Shown here piece after piece: positions 23,872 through 36,800 of a DNA stretch of 39,280 bases. The stretch comes from Sphaeroforma arctica JP610. Taxonomy: Eukaryota. Position 1 is the stretch's first letter. Every line of letters starts with the position of its first letter. The position numbers and the translations under genes are program-made. Location: positions 6,870-46,149 of the forward strand of contig NW_014039818.1 in NCBI RefSeq assembly GCF_001186125.1, read 5' to 3'. The notes below the pieces were generated by a model. It had not been told where the DNA came from. It saw only the letters and a list, made by a program, of their open reading frames with translations, and did not search any database.

Positions 23872-26800
23872 GGAAAAGATAATTAACTGCGGAAAAAGTG
23901 CACAAATAGCCATATAGAAGGTAGAGAATGCTTATGGCGCTGGTTTGTCAGTAACGCTTTATGCAGAGCTTGCCATTCCGACAAAAAAACAACATTTTGT
24001 TTCTATTGTTTATCGGTGTATACTATATATTTTATTAATTACTAAAATTATTTGCGTGACACTGTTTTTGTTGAATTTTAAGTCTCGTGTGTATCGAAGA
24101 CGACCAATAAAATTCAAGGTATGCAATCTTTAACAGAATTCCATTGGTTTATGTATAGTTATATACAGGGTTGTACAGAAGCGATTGACACAAATGGCCC
24201 AGTTCTGTTACCTGCGAAAATGACTAAATGGAAAGACATTGCGTAGTCCACAAAGATCAGGAGAAGCACACAAGGAGCATACAAAATTTGTGTACTGTCC
24301 GAGAAGGCAACTTTTTCATCTTGATTTGACAATCAAAAGCTTCTACCTGTTGTATAGGTATTTATAAGCTTATGGTTTATGTAAAGACATTCGTATTCAT
24401 GGCAATTCAACATAACGCTTCAAACTATTTACACACAACATAAAAGACATTCTAACACAAAAAAGGCGATTTTTTTTTTGCAACGATGGTCTACCACACA
24501 ATGATCCAATTACAAATGCGCTCTGGAATGTGAACCTGAGCAATAGCCCACCGTAGGCACAGCAAATCTGATATGTGCCCTTAAAACGCTTTTTTGAATG
24601 GGTTGATCATTCGAAGTTCAGGCAAAGAAAAACTTTATTTTAAATCTACATCAGACACTCAACGCCGAACAGTGTTAGCTACAATATATTTCAATTGGCC
24701 ATGATAAACCGCGGGCTGCTGCGGACAACGAAACGACAAAACTTAAGAATAATGATAATAACGAACAGAACAGGCTGACGGAGGATTTCTTTCTCACAGC
24801 AATCCACACATGTGTAACCTTAAGCGATATGATTAAGTACTAACTGAACGGTCTAAACTTTGTTTATGTCATCCTTGGGGAAGCCTGCAACGACAAAGTC
24901 GAACTATCTTTTAGGGCTGATGTGCTCGATTTATTTGTTTGTATGATTACTTATAGGTGCATAGTAATATAATACTAACATGAATGCACACATTTAAAAT
25001 TATAGTAGTGCTAAATGCTCTCTCAGATGGGTGACCGAGCCCCACTTATGAGGGAGCATCTAGCCAACTGCAAAACGGATGTAGATGCTAACGGGTTTGA
25101 GGAATATCAGTGCAAGCGAGTTGTACATAAATGTATAACCTATATAAAAATTATTAATTAAAACACGGAGCATGAAGTAAAAAGGTGCGGCATGGATCGT
25201 ATACGAACTGTAATATAAAGTGCTGAAGCTTTGCGCATTCCTTGTACTTTTACATACACAGGTATCTTCAGATTTTGTAGGTGTGTGAGTCGGTTATCAG
25301 TTGTCACACACCGGCATTTTGAACCTGACATAATAGAAAAATCACTTTCTTTTTTTTCGATCCCAGGTGTCATTAAAAAAAAATACAGCACTGGAAAGTC
25401 ACTAAAAATGTGCTTAAACTAAGTGTAATTTTAAACCTTATTTGAAATAAGTTTGAGAAAGGAATCGAATATCGCATTTAGCGAATTTAATTGTGCAAAT
25501 AGAAGACGTACACGAAAATCTGTATGTACATTTAGTGACTTTTCCATGTAGGCCATGTACATTTAGAGTATTTCCTCTAAATGTACCAAGCAGCTTCGAC
25601 GCGTGATGGCAATACACTGAGATCGAAGCCAGATCAACGCGCAGTTTTTGAGCTTTCGAATAGGGATGATGAGCTAGGAACTGCTGAGCATATTGTATGT
25701 CCCTCAAATATGATTTTACCTAGATACAAGATTATACACATACATTTCTCAAGGACATACCTTCTAACGTAGAGTCTACATAGTGGTGGGTATGCTGTAA
25801 AGTCTAAAGTGCTGTGTAGTTGTCTCGAATGTTTGAACGTCGATCGTGTGATACCGCCACTAACTATTGGAAGTATTCAAACATGCAGCTCTTTTAAAGA
25901 ACGATAAATATACCCAGATCATGGCCGGCAGACCTATCATAATAGCGTTGTGCATGTCATTGTTTGGCGATATATGCAGAGGCCGTTATCAGAAGTGCGA
26001 AGCAACGTGTTTACTGGCATATCAAATACAAAAATAAGTGTATGTAACACTTGAACATATCATACATTCACAATTACAAAATACAATGTAAGTACATCCT
26101 TGTTCTGATTGCGGTCGAGATTGATGGAACGATGTTATTTGTTCTCATTCGTGCAGCTAAGATTAACATAAGAAAAACAGCATAGACATGGTACTTAATA
26201 CTTAAGTCAAAGAGACCACTCAAGAACGATGTACGGGACTTACTGATCGTGGCAACCAGGTGGTCCTGACTTGGTCCATGGCAAATGGTTTGGTGAGTTA
26301 ACTATGACTCGTGAGCAGGTGATTGTAGAACTAAAGTATTTATCCTATACTTAACTACTCTGCTAAATCGGAGTATATACTTAGTAAAGTTAATAAGATA
26401 ACACGCGAATCGGAGTTTGGGAACGTATGCATGTGTGTTAGAGATGCTGGGTCCAACCATGTTAACGCTGAATAGATAACTAGAGTGTCATGTACAAGAA
26501 AGGATGGAATGTAATAGTACGTCGGCATCTACCACTGTTGGATACTATTTGAGCATCGTAAGGGGCACCAGCACCGATGCAGGCACTGCAAATTGCGACA
26601 CAGCAAATAACATAGCTTAATATGTATGATAAGGACTGTTTAAACCACTCTTCGGGTGTATTCAACTGCACAGTATCAAAAGTTTGTGAAAGTCGCAGTC
26701 AATAAAAACACGAGCGGAAAATAGTGATATATAAACAGTTAAATTTTTAGCCGGGTGGCCTGTCATTACGATGGCCGTGCAATAACCAAATATACTGTTT

Positions 26801-27149
26801 TTATTTACTATGTGAAACCTCCTCCCCACCCCAAAAAAAATAATAAAAATGGTAGATGAATAACATGATATTTGGATCTGAGGATTGTTTTACGGTTCCG
26901 TTGAGCATGCAAGCTATTTGAAAATTGTTGTTTGTGGGCACCATTGTTGGAACAAGTATTTTAATGTGTAAAATTTCCAGTCTCATTTGATATCATTGCT
27001 CTTGTATACTAGACGAAAAGCGAATATTGACAATTTCGCTATTCATACGGACAACAAGTAGCGCTCAAACAGAAGATATCTATTTTTGCTAGGTATTTTT
27101 TTAGTGACGCAATAATCCGTTCGATTCTCGGATCGGGAATAATTTTATG

Positions 27150-27680
27150 TCAACCTCTCCCTCCTTGGTATCACGTTCAAAATATCTCAGACCCACTCAG
27201 CCCATATCTCAGACCCACTCAGCCCATATTACCACTACAAGTGTGGGCCAGCTTTATTCCACGCAATGGCACATAGGTGTTTGTTCTCACCCAATGGTAG
27301 AGGTATTTTGTATCCATCGCCGTGAACTAACGCACCGTAAGTCTTTAATTGTTGCATCACTCGCCCCGAATTTCTCGCGGCAGTTCGCCAATCTCAACTT
27401 CCCTTCAATTTTTCCAGAGCCTCTCCAACGAATATGAAGCCTGATGTACATGTAGACATAAAACTTTATCCAAATTGAAAGAAATAATATTATCCCTATA
27501 TGGAAGCAAATCAGATATTACTGAACGACTATTTGCCGTCCGCGTTGTGACGCAGAGCCAATTCCTACGAGGGGGGTTTTTTTTCTTCTCTTCTCCATCA
27601 TTCAAAGCGCACCGATGCAAAGTATTTGGTTGTATGCAAGATCCCAAATATATCGGTCATAACCATTTCAACCTTTAACC
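27150..27680. pseudogene. Degenerate copy B of the unidentified family (similar to 10590-11100); includes a 22-bp tandem duplication at 27182-27225
   Basis: Similarity as described for copy A; atatctcagacccactcagccc occurs twice. Confidence 0.55.
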
Positions 27681-30059
27681 AATCTGCCGATCAAGGATTT
27701 GACTCGCTGCGTATGTTGCAGCGACATGATGCCTTTTTTTATGAAGCAGAAAAAGTATTATGAATCAGAGTAACTACTATGTACTGGTTAATGTATATTG
27801 TACATCAGAACACACTCACTCACGGGCCAAAGGGAAGTTGCTCCAAAGAACTTATCCCACAAGTTATAATGGATTTGCCTTTAACACCGTCAGATATATT
27901 TTTATGACATATAAACAAGACGTCCTGTAATTGCAAAACGTTATTGGCAAAATTTGTTTCCTAGCCGCAACTACGTGCATGCAGTACCGCTTAGCAAATA
28001 CTTTTGTTGTCTATAAACAGTAAGATTAAAATTATTGCGGAATCATGTTCTCATCTGACCATACAGCGCATTGGCAACTCAGCTATTCAAAAACCTGTCA
28101 ACAAATAAATATTGTATTCTGAAAATATACAAGGTACTCTAATAAGAGCGCACAATTGGTTTTTAAAACTGCAAAAAAAAAAATAGACACAACCCGGCTG
28201 AAAATGGAGGTTCATAGTTTGAACAAAGTGAGCCCCCATTACTTTTTAAAGCGACGGAACTTGCTGACTTTGCGGGTTTAAAACAGGAGTCTAGGCTTTC
28301 TGATCTTAATGAAGGGCTCCGACTTGTCGTTGCAATAAGTATGGCAAGAAAGGACACCTTACCGAGAACTGTAAGTTCGACGCGTCGAGAGCTAAAAGTC
28401 TGAAAAAAGGCCGATATACAGACTATATGTAAGCAATAATGACAAGGGTATGGACCCAGGTTTTGTTGCCATTGCTTGCCGAAATGTCCACCAATATGTA
28501 CTCAACAGCTTTTCTATGTTGTTCCGATATAGTTGTGTGTGTACGCAATGCCATGTATGACTACACGAGTGTCAACGTGCAAAATATCCACATGGCGGGC
28601 ACTTTACTTTCACTACAGTTGTTCGAATAGATTATCATGAACGGAACCCGACAAAACGGCGAGTCTATCTAATTTAATCCTCATAGATTTTACCGTTGGT
28701 GCATAAATGTTTACAGTTGGTGCGTCCAACAGTCTAGTAACAAAGTTTCTGAATATTGGTCAATCCCGATCTGTTATTTAATTTCTTGTTTTAACATAAT
28801 TTTGTTCTTTTGAAATAAATAATATCATCTCTATTAGCAGGTCTTGGTTTAGATGTTCCATATACAAGTCTAGCATCACAGTACTAGAAAAGCCAAAAAG
28901 TCAATTCCAGATTCCATTTCGACGGCATACATAGAGACAAAATTCAGATCCGGATCCAAAAGTTGTGAACGAACCACAGAACTAATTCAGTGCGCGTCCG
29001 TATTAGGACCTCACATCCATTTTGATAACATAAGCTGGCATGGACACTTAGGCCTTATCTATATTATTGGACGCACTTATTTGCTTATTAACTGACGTAT
29101 ACACTGAACAATTTAGACATGTACGGGAATTGTTTTTGACAACCCCAATACAAATAAATACACATTGTAGCAAGCCGATGAAGGTACAAAGTCCATAGCA
29201 CAATTATTTCTATGAAATAGTCATTGCTAGAGTCGACAATTCTGGTCGACTCTATAACATCACCAATAAACATCAACACGAAATCAGTTCTGTATGAAAT
29301 AGGCATCACTTCCTAAGTAGAGTTGAATATAATTGTCGACTGTATTACATCACTAATACACTTCAACAAACATGAAGCTACGTAGAGAGCCACCCCCCCC
29401 CCCCCCGCCGCGCACGCGCCCATTCTACAACTCACAGCTGAATTTATTCTGTTGCACAATGATGACGATGTCCAATAATACATACTGAACCCTTAAAAAG
29501 AATCCCATTTAACTTATAACTAACTATACATGTAGATATCATAAACAATGAATTGATGGACAGAAGTGTCAGAATTTAGACATAGGAAATAGCGGATCAT
29601 GAAAAGAATCGGGGATGGTCCGATATGGGGAGTGCGTTGAAAGCTATCAAATCAACTACACCGTTGAGAATTACAACAAATCATTTGAACCACATAAGCG
29701 TATTTCAGAAGTCCTCTCGCAAATTTCTGATCATATGCAGAGTATCCACGATACGTAGGGTAGAAGTTGGCTTAAATAGTAGTAGTTTCATTGGAGAGGC
29801 GGTACAGTGATTATAGGCTCGTTCCGATGACTATAATACAGCATTTGAAATATATTAATATCGGCCTGACATCTTTTTATATGTTTAATATTAAAGAACG
29901 ATGTCTTTGAACAACGAGTATACAAAAAATCATTAGACTGGCCTTTCTGTTATGAACCACTGTGAAGAAAAAATTAAGAAAACAATGAGAATTTCATCAA
30001 CCGCAGGAAGTATTTGCAATTTAATTAAATCATTACAGGTTTTAAGCATCCAATCTCGC

Positions 30060-32880
30060 CTATGTTGCATGTCGCGGACATCATGCAATACGATTATGAA
30101 AACAAACACACAAACGTAGAGGCACCTACAAGGCAAAAAATAGCGCCCGATCAATTCCCTCATTTTATATTAGTCGGTTCTCTCATATTCTATGAAGCTA
30201 ACTTCATTGCGAACAATATTGCACTTGCTTACTGCGCGAAGTTTCGATATCTATAGTATGAGCCGATGGCAACAATCTGAACAATAAACAACGCGAAATA
30301 TTCACGATACATTTTGTGCTCACATTATTCATGAAATCATACCACAGGAGCAAATTTATAAACTTGCTGTGGACGGACTAGAGCCGTATTTGAGATAGGT
30401 GACCTTAAGTTCGGGTAACAAAACACTGACTGAACTGGATAAAATACATAGTACTAGCGAATATTCGATCAATGTAGGAAGCGTGGCATGATCTCCTGAA
30501 CTCGATATGATCCAAAAACCTTTAAGACCAGATGCCAGACTCTTAAAACTACAGAAAGGAAGGGTATGCGCAGGACAAGATATTCTGTGCAATAGCAAAG
30601 CTATTGGGCAATATGGCAAGAAACCAAGATACTCAAAACAACGGCGATGACGATGCCTTCAGTTTACTAATTTCTATGAACTGTCAGCAATCCCATGTAG
30701 TCTTCCCGCGTTCGTGTAATTTTTCCAGAGAAATTACAATCTAACTTACAAAATGGGATGTACATGGCTGGGATGTACATGGATGCCATGTACAATGTAT
30801 GCTGTTCTTTTGATGATGATGTTCGAAGGTCAAGTCTAAATAGTATAGTTTTGTCTTTCAACTGAATAGTTGTCATATATAGAGTACGTGACTACTGTGC
30901 ATCAGTAACATGATATCTGAGGCGTTAAAAACACATCGTAAAGGAAAAAAGAGGATTGCTCCAGTTATTGCCTGGTCCGATATTGGCATCACGCTTTCAA
31001 CCGAACTTGAAGGCGCAATCAAATTGCCAAGTCCATTTAGAGACTTTCCAATTTGATACTCCCGTGTATTGTCGTGTGCTCTTCCGACGATAGGTTTTGT
31101 AGATAGTATACGCGTGTCCTTTTTGTCGTCTAAGTGCTGTCAACCGGTGATCCCCAGGAAAAACCTACTGAGTCCCTACAGCTTTAGATGGAATTTAGAG
31201 TATGAGTGACTAATATAACATTGTGTTATCAATAGACAAAATGACACAAGTTATGTGAGAGGCAACGAAGCATGCTTGTTCGCACACTTTGAAGTGTGCA
31301 TTCTTACTAAGTTATCTTTGGAGGTATTGCATGTGTTGTATTTATCATATTGCCTATTCTCATTTCCTTTTGGATTACGAGGCAGTACTAGGCAGTGTTT
31401 CAAATCGAATTTGTATGAGGGCCATCAGATGGGATTATTACACAATGGTTCCCGAGTTTCAATGGTTCCCGAGTTTACAATCTATTCTTGTGTGTGCCTA
31501 TGTCTGGATCGAAACCGATCAACTTGTGACTTGGCAGCAATACGGATTCACGAGATTTCGATGTATTATTAGCTGGTAGTTCTAGTTAGGTAGATATTAA
31601 ATTTTTGATCATGTGCGATCCAAAGTCGTATGTATTTTGGGTCCTATATTTCTCTCGGTACTCAAGTGTGAAAGTCCCGTATTTTTATCATGCAATGACC
31701 ACATAGGTATAAAGTAAGATATAAGCCTTTAGTGAGATTCTTTACCCAGAGGTGGACTGTCGTGTGATATTAGTCGTTATGATTGTGATGTATAGTGAAT
31801 ACCTAGGTTGTGCGCGCTGAATATATTGCAGTCATGGAGAAGTACCAGAACTACAAGTCAATCCCGACATTGCAGATGTCGATCTCATAATCATTATTAA
31901 GATGCGTGTGGATAGATTAAAAGAAGTCAAGTCCTTGTTCTCAATTTCGGTTCAAACTAATCATGATTGAAATAGCTCACTGCAAAATGGTGCTTTTAGC
32001 GGCGTATTTTGAGGTGGGAGGGTTTACGGAATTGCATATATCCCATCTATTTTTATACTGTCCCATACCATCGGCTAGTGGCGATGTATTGACATCTCAC
32101 CTGTACTTAAAAGAAAGCGATTTTACTTTCAAACTCATGAAAACTGACAACTACTTTTATCTATTAGAGTTTGATTTTTTTTGTGGCGAAACAAGGACAG
32201 GGTGACCGCTCTGGGGGATATACAAGGTTCTATCATACGTAGATAAACTCAGTCCCTTCTGCTCAAAGTTAAAGTAAATGTGCACAGCGACATTGACAAT
32301 GCCAATCCTTTCGGTTTAAAGAAATACAGTCAGAAATGCTTCGCTGACACAATGGAACATCAAACCGAGCGAGAATTTGGCGTATGACGAGCTAACCACT
32401 GTGCTATATAAATAGACAGCCAAACAGAGGGGGTCATCAACATGCCACTCGGGCGGACTGACGAAGTTGCGGACTCATACAAGTCAGAAGTACCGCGCTG
32501 AATAGGGCAATCGCGTGTAGCTCATCATAAGTGGCCTAGCGGTGCTGCACTAGATCAAAGTGATACGGAGAATGTCAGTTTTAAATAAGTGCATCGAATC
32601 GGATCGGTTGCGTACGATTTAGTAATTCAGGTACTTCTGTGAGAATTGAGCTTACCACGATGCGCTTTTGAAAGGGTTGTGAACAAATGGGCTTCAATCT
32701 AGGTTGTTGTCGTACAACCCGGAATGAAGGGCACTTGATTGAGGCAATCGTATGATCTATTGCTCGGCTGACGGATGGGAGCGATGCAACCATCAAAATG
32801 ATAAGTAAACGGATATTTGCACCATAATGGGGGGTACGATGTACCGCGGGTATACGCCGGCGCCAATTGTTCAGAGTTTA
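30060..32880 (+). mobile_element. Highly eroded chromovirus-like Ty3/Gypsy relic
   Basis: Collinear motif ghosts across shifting frames: gag QIYKLAVDGLEPYLR*VTL..KTLTEL (~30350-30440); knuckle NYRKEGYAQDK (~30547); protease DYCAS.NMISEAL (~30890); integrase FDFFCG..GGYT..VLSYVDKLS (~32170-32255) and DSQTEGVIN (~32415); VHRIGSVAYDL (~32589); chromodomain-like HLIEAIV..YLHHNGGYD (~32730-32840). Confidence 0.55.
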
Positions 32881-33880
32881 CGCACATGTATCTTCTTCCT
32901 CACTGAAAAGATACGTAAGTCCGATGCTGTGAATTTATGTACGCAATTAAAAACAGATCTAAAAGAATGCATTGCTCCAAGAGGTTGCAGAATTTAATGT
33001 CTTACGGTGAAGTGGCATGGGTTGAGATTCCTTTGTCCGAAGCTAACTGGCTATTTTAAGTCCGCGCAACATGTTAGATTAATTGAGAATTTCCAATTAC
33101 TTAGCGTAGACTGAAAAACAAAAAACAAACGTCGAAACAAATTTTATTGGAAAGATTTGAGTTTGTATGCCGTGTCTGAGCGTCATCTGCAAGAAAAATA
33201 AACTTTCTGAGTTCACATACTGTCTGATATGCTGGGTGCCTACTTTGCACGGCGTTATTTTAATCACATGCATCGGCAACTCAAAAACTTCTACTACATC
33301 GATAGATACAAATGGTTTGTCTTACATGTAGCTTCGAAAACACAGCGATTTTAAACCTGGTTGCTTTATTGAGATTGCTTCTCAGACACTAATAAGTGCT
33401 GGAACTACGGACTTACTCACACAGAAGACACGCCCGCTAGAGACAACATGAGCATCCGGCCACAAGCTACAGTCTCACATTGTACGCAACCGTCGCCTAT
33501 AAACTTCATGTGCACATGCGCTTTAGTCGACTCCACGAGACCCAGGGTGCCAATGCCCAAATGTGTCCAAATGTATGTAAGAGCCGCATGGCTAGCCTGC
33601 TAGTCCCTCCGAAATCAGATCGAAGTGAGTGCTACGGGTAAGGTGCAGTTCGCCGACAAGCATGCAAAGCATGAGTTGTCATATAACATTTGTTGCGATC
33701 ACCCATAACTAACTATACGCAGCAGGATTGTCCGCGTCAACCAGTGACCACCAGCGACCATCTCACAAGTGGTAGTACACCTCGTACGTGCAAGTGTTTT
33801 ATAATCGCCTCAGTGACATCTCCTACGGAGGGTAAGTCACCAGCGCCTAGATGTGCTAAGCATAGCTATCTGTCGCATAT

Positions 33881-36800
33881 TCAGCCGTGCAGGTCATCAA
33901 ACGCCGAGTCGTTCGAGATTTGGTAACCCCTCGCCATCAAGATTTTGTTCTTCATCTTCAGGGCTTCCGCTTTGGTCTCCTGTGAAGGAATCGCGCAAGA
34001 GGTCTGCATCAGCCCAATGGACTGCAACAGACAACAACACAGCACATCCCTGAGCAGACGCGTGTGCATATGACCTCGTGATCACACACCACAACATTAA
34101 CACAGTGCGTCACCGGTACACAGGCACACTGAAGATGATACCGATACATTTGCGACAGCCCCATACCAGCGAGCACAGTGGCTATAAAGTTAGCAGCGGT
34201 ACTAAGTAGACACCCAAGTGGTTGGAGCGCGATATCAGCATATGTAGGCTACAGTGCTGGTAATTCAGTTACACGAAGAGACTACGGAATCTGCCCAGAA
34301 GTCATGGGATGCGTACAAACCCCATATTGTGTGCATGTATTAGAAAACTAGACTACCTCGTTGCAGGACTCTGGTCCGGGCGGAATGTCAGCCAACACTC
34401 GCAACGGACTAATACACAGGTGTACACTGCACGTGAGACAGCTATAGAAGTGGCTAACCCGCAAGTAAGGGGTGTTGTAATAACAGTGAGTGACTAACCC
34501 GCTAGTAAGGGGTGTTGTAATAACAGTGAGTGACTAACTAGCTAGTAAGGGGTGTTGTAATAACAGTGAGTGACTAACTAGCTAGTAAGGGGTGTTGTAA
34601 TAACAGTGAGTGACTAACTAGCTAGTAAGGGGTGTTGTAATAACAGTGAGTGACTAACTAGCTAGTAAGGGGAGTTTAATAACAGTGAGTGACTAACTAG
34701 CTAGTAAGGGGAGTTGTAATAACAGTGAGTGACTAATTAGCTAGTAAGGGGTGTTGTAATAACAGTGAGTGACTAACTAGCTAGTAAGGGGTGTTGTAAT
34801 AATAGAGAGTATACATATATAAATATATAAATAGATATATATATACATACATATATATACATATACATATACATATATACACATATATATATATATACAT
34901 ATACATATATATATAAATATATAAATGACCAACTAGCTGATAAGGGATGTTGCAACAACAGTGAGTATATATATATATATATATATATGTATATAAATAT
35001 ATAAATGACCAAATAGCTGTTAAGGGGTGTTGTAACAACAGTGAGTATATATATATATATATATATATACAAACACACACACACACCCACCCACCCACCC
35101 ACACATATTTATATATAGATATATAGATATATGACCAACTAGCTAGTAAGGGGTGCGGTGTAAGGCCCCACCTACCTGTTCGTCTCGTTGCAATTCTAAA
35201 ATGTCCAGTACATCCACTTCCTTCAGCTTCGAGTCTGCCTCCAGCATCGGGTCCTGCACAAACATTGTGTGAAGTATTGAGCAAGTTAGCGCGGTGTGCT
35301 TGTGTGATTGTATCATGGGACGCTGTAGACAAAATGCACGCACACATACACGCACACATACGAAGAGATACACGACACGTAGACATACACGCACACATAG
35401 GAAATATAAAAACAACTTGATATAGTTGAGAATTGGAGACGTTGTGTGCATACATGCCACCCCCCCCCATGGCAGATGTACCGCTGCACGCACTGATCGT
35501 GCAAGAACTATGGCATGCGGGCGACTGTGTGCACAACCTGACAGCATACCAATACACCGGACACACCATGTGAGTATATGCAGCAAGTATACAAATCTAC
35601 GTGTATATGTAGCAATTATACAAATATATGTGTGCCTTTTGCTCGCCCGACAGCGTGGCAGTGCATATGTGCATGTGTACACATCATCGATCTGCAAATC
35701 TACTGGCATGCAATGACAGCGCATTATACTGCACGAGGTTGGTACAGGGTCACAGACCCGTGAGTAGTAACCATGTGAAGCACCCTTTAGTCGCGTAGAT
35801 GCACATATCATGCCTGGGTATAAGCAACTAAAAGACCGGGTATAGAGTGTAGACATGTGTGCAGAAAGTATGTAAACATTGTGCTTTATAACTACCCTAG
35901 AAAGTACGTAAACATTGTAATTTAAAACTATCATAGAAAGTACGTAAATATTGTGCTTTATAACCTACCCTAGAAAGTACGTTAACATTGTAATTTATGA
36001 CTACCGTAGAAAGTACGTAAACATTGTAATTTATAACTACCAAAGAAAGTACGTAAACATTGTGCTTTATAACTACCAAAGAAAGTGCGTAAACATTGTG
36101 CTTTATAACTACCCTAGAAAGTACGTAAACATTGTAATTTATAACTACCAAAGAAAGTACGTAAGCATTGTAATTTATAACTTAACTAGAAAGTATGTAA
36201 ACATTGTGCTTTTCAACTACCATAGAATGTACGTAAACATTGCGCTTTATAACTACCCTAGAAAGTACGTAAACATTGTGCTTTATAACTCCCATCGTGG
36301 GGTAGGAGTCGGTGCACTGACACGCAGTGAAGACAATAAAGCACAAACAGGATATCGAATCCGCCAGGACCAGCCAAGGAGACTCGAATACGTGCATGAA
36401 TACAAATACCTCAGAAGCAAACGTGTTTTATCTAATCTAGAATGAGCATACCTCTGGTTTAAACACACATCCCATAAGGGGTCTACTATAGTACCAACTC
36501 GCCCACCCACACTACGTTCAAGTAGAGGTCAGCATTACATAACTCGCAACCACACGCACACAAACGAACCTCTGTACAACCTCAACCAACTGGTGAGAGA
36601 CCTGAGCACACCAAGTAAGACATTCAGATTAAACACAACCGATACAATATACAAGAGTATGAACTCTCGACCGCTCTTTTTAGGAAGGCACTGAATTCAA
36701 TCCTACGACATACAGACGACCCCTCTACAACGATTCATGAACAATCACAATCTCGTATTTCACCATGTGGATTGCATGTTCTAAACATAGTGTGCAACAT

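Noticed and set aside
34451..36292. The 40-bp and 36-bp arrays as CRISPR arrays
   Set aside because: Units are head-to-tail with no unique spacers, there are no cas genes, and they lie in introns of a eukaryotic gene
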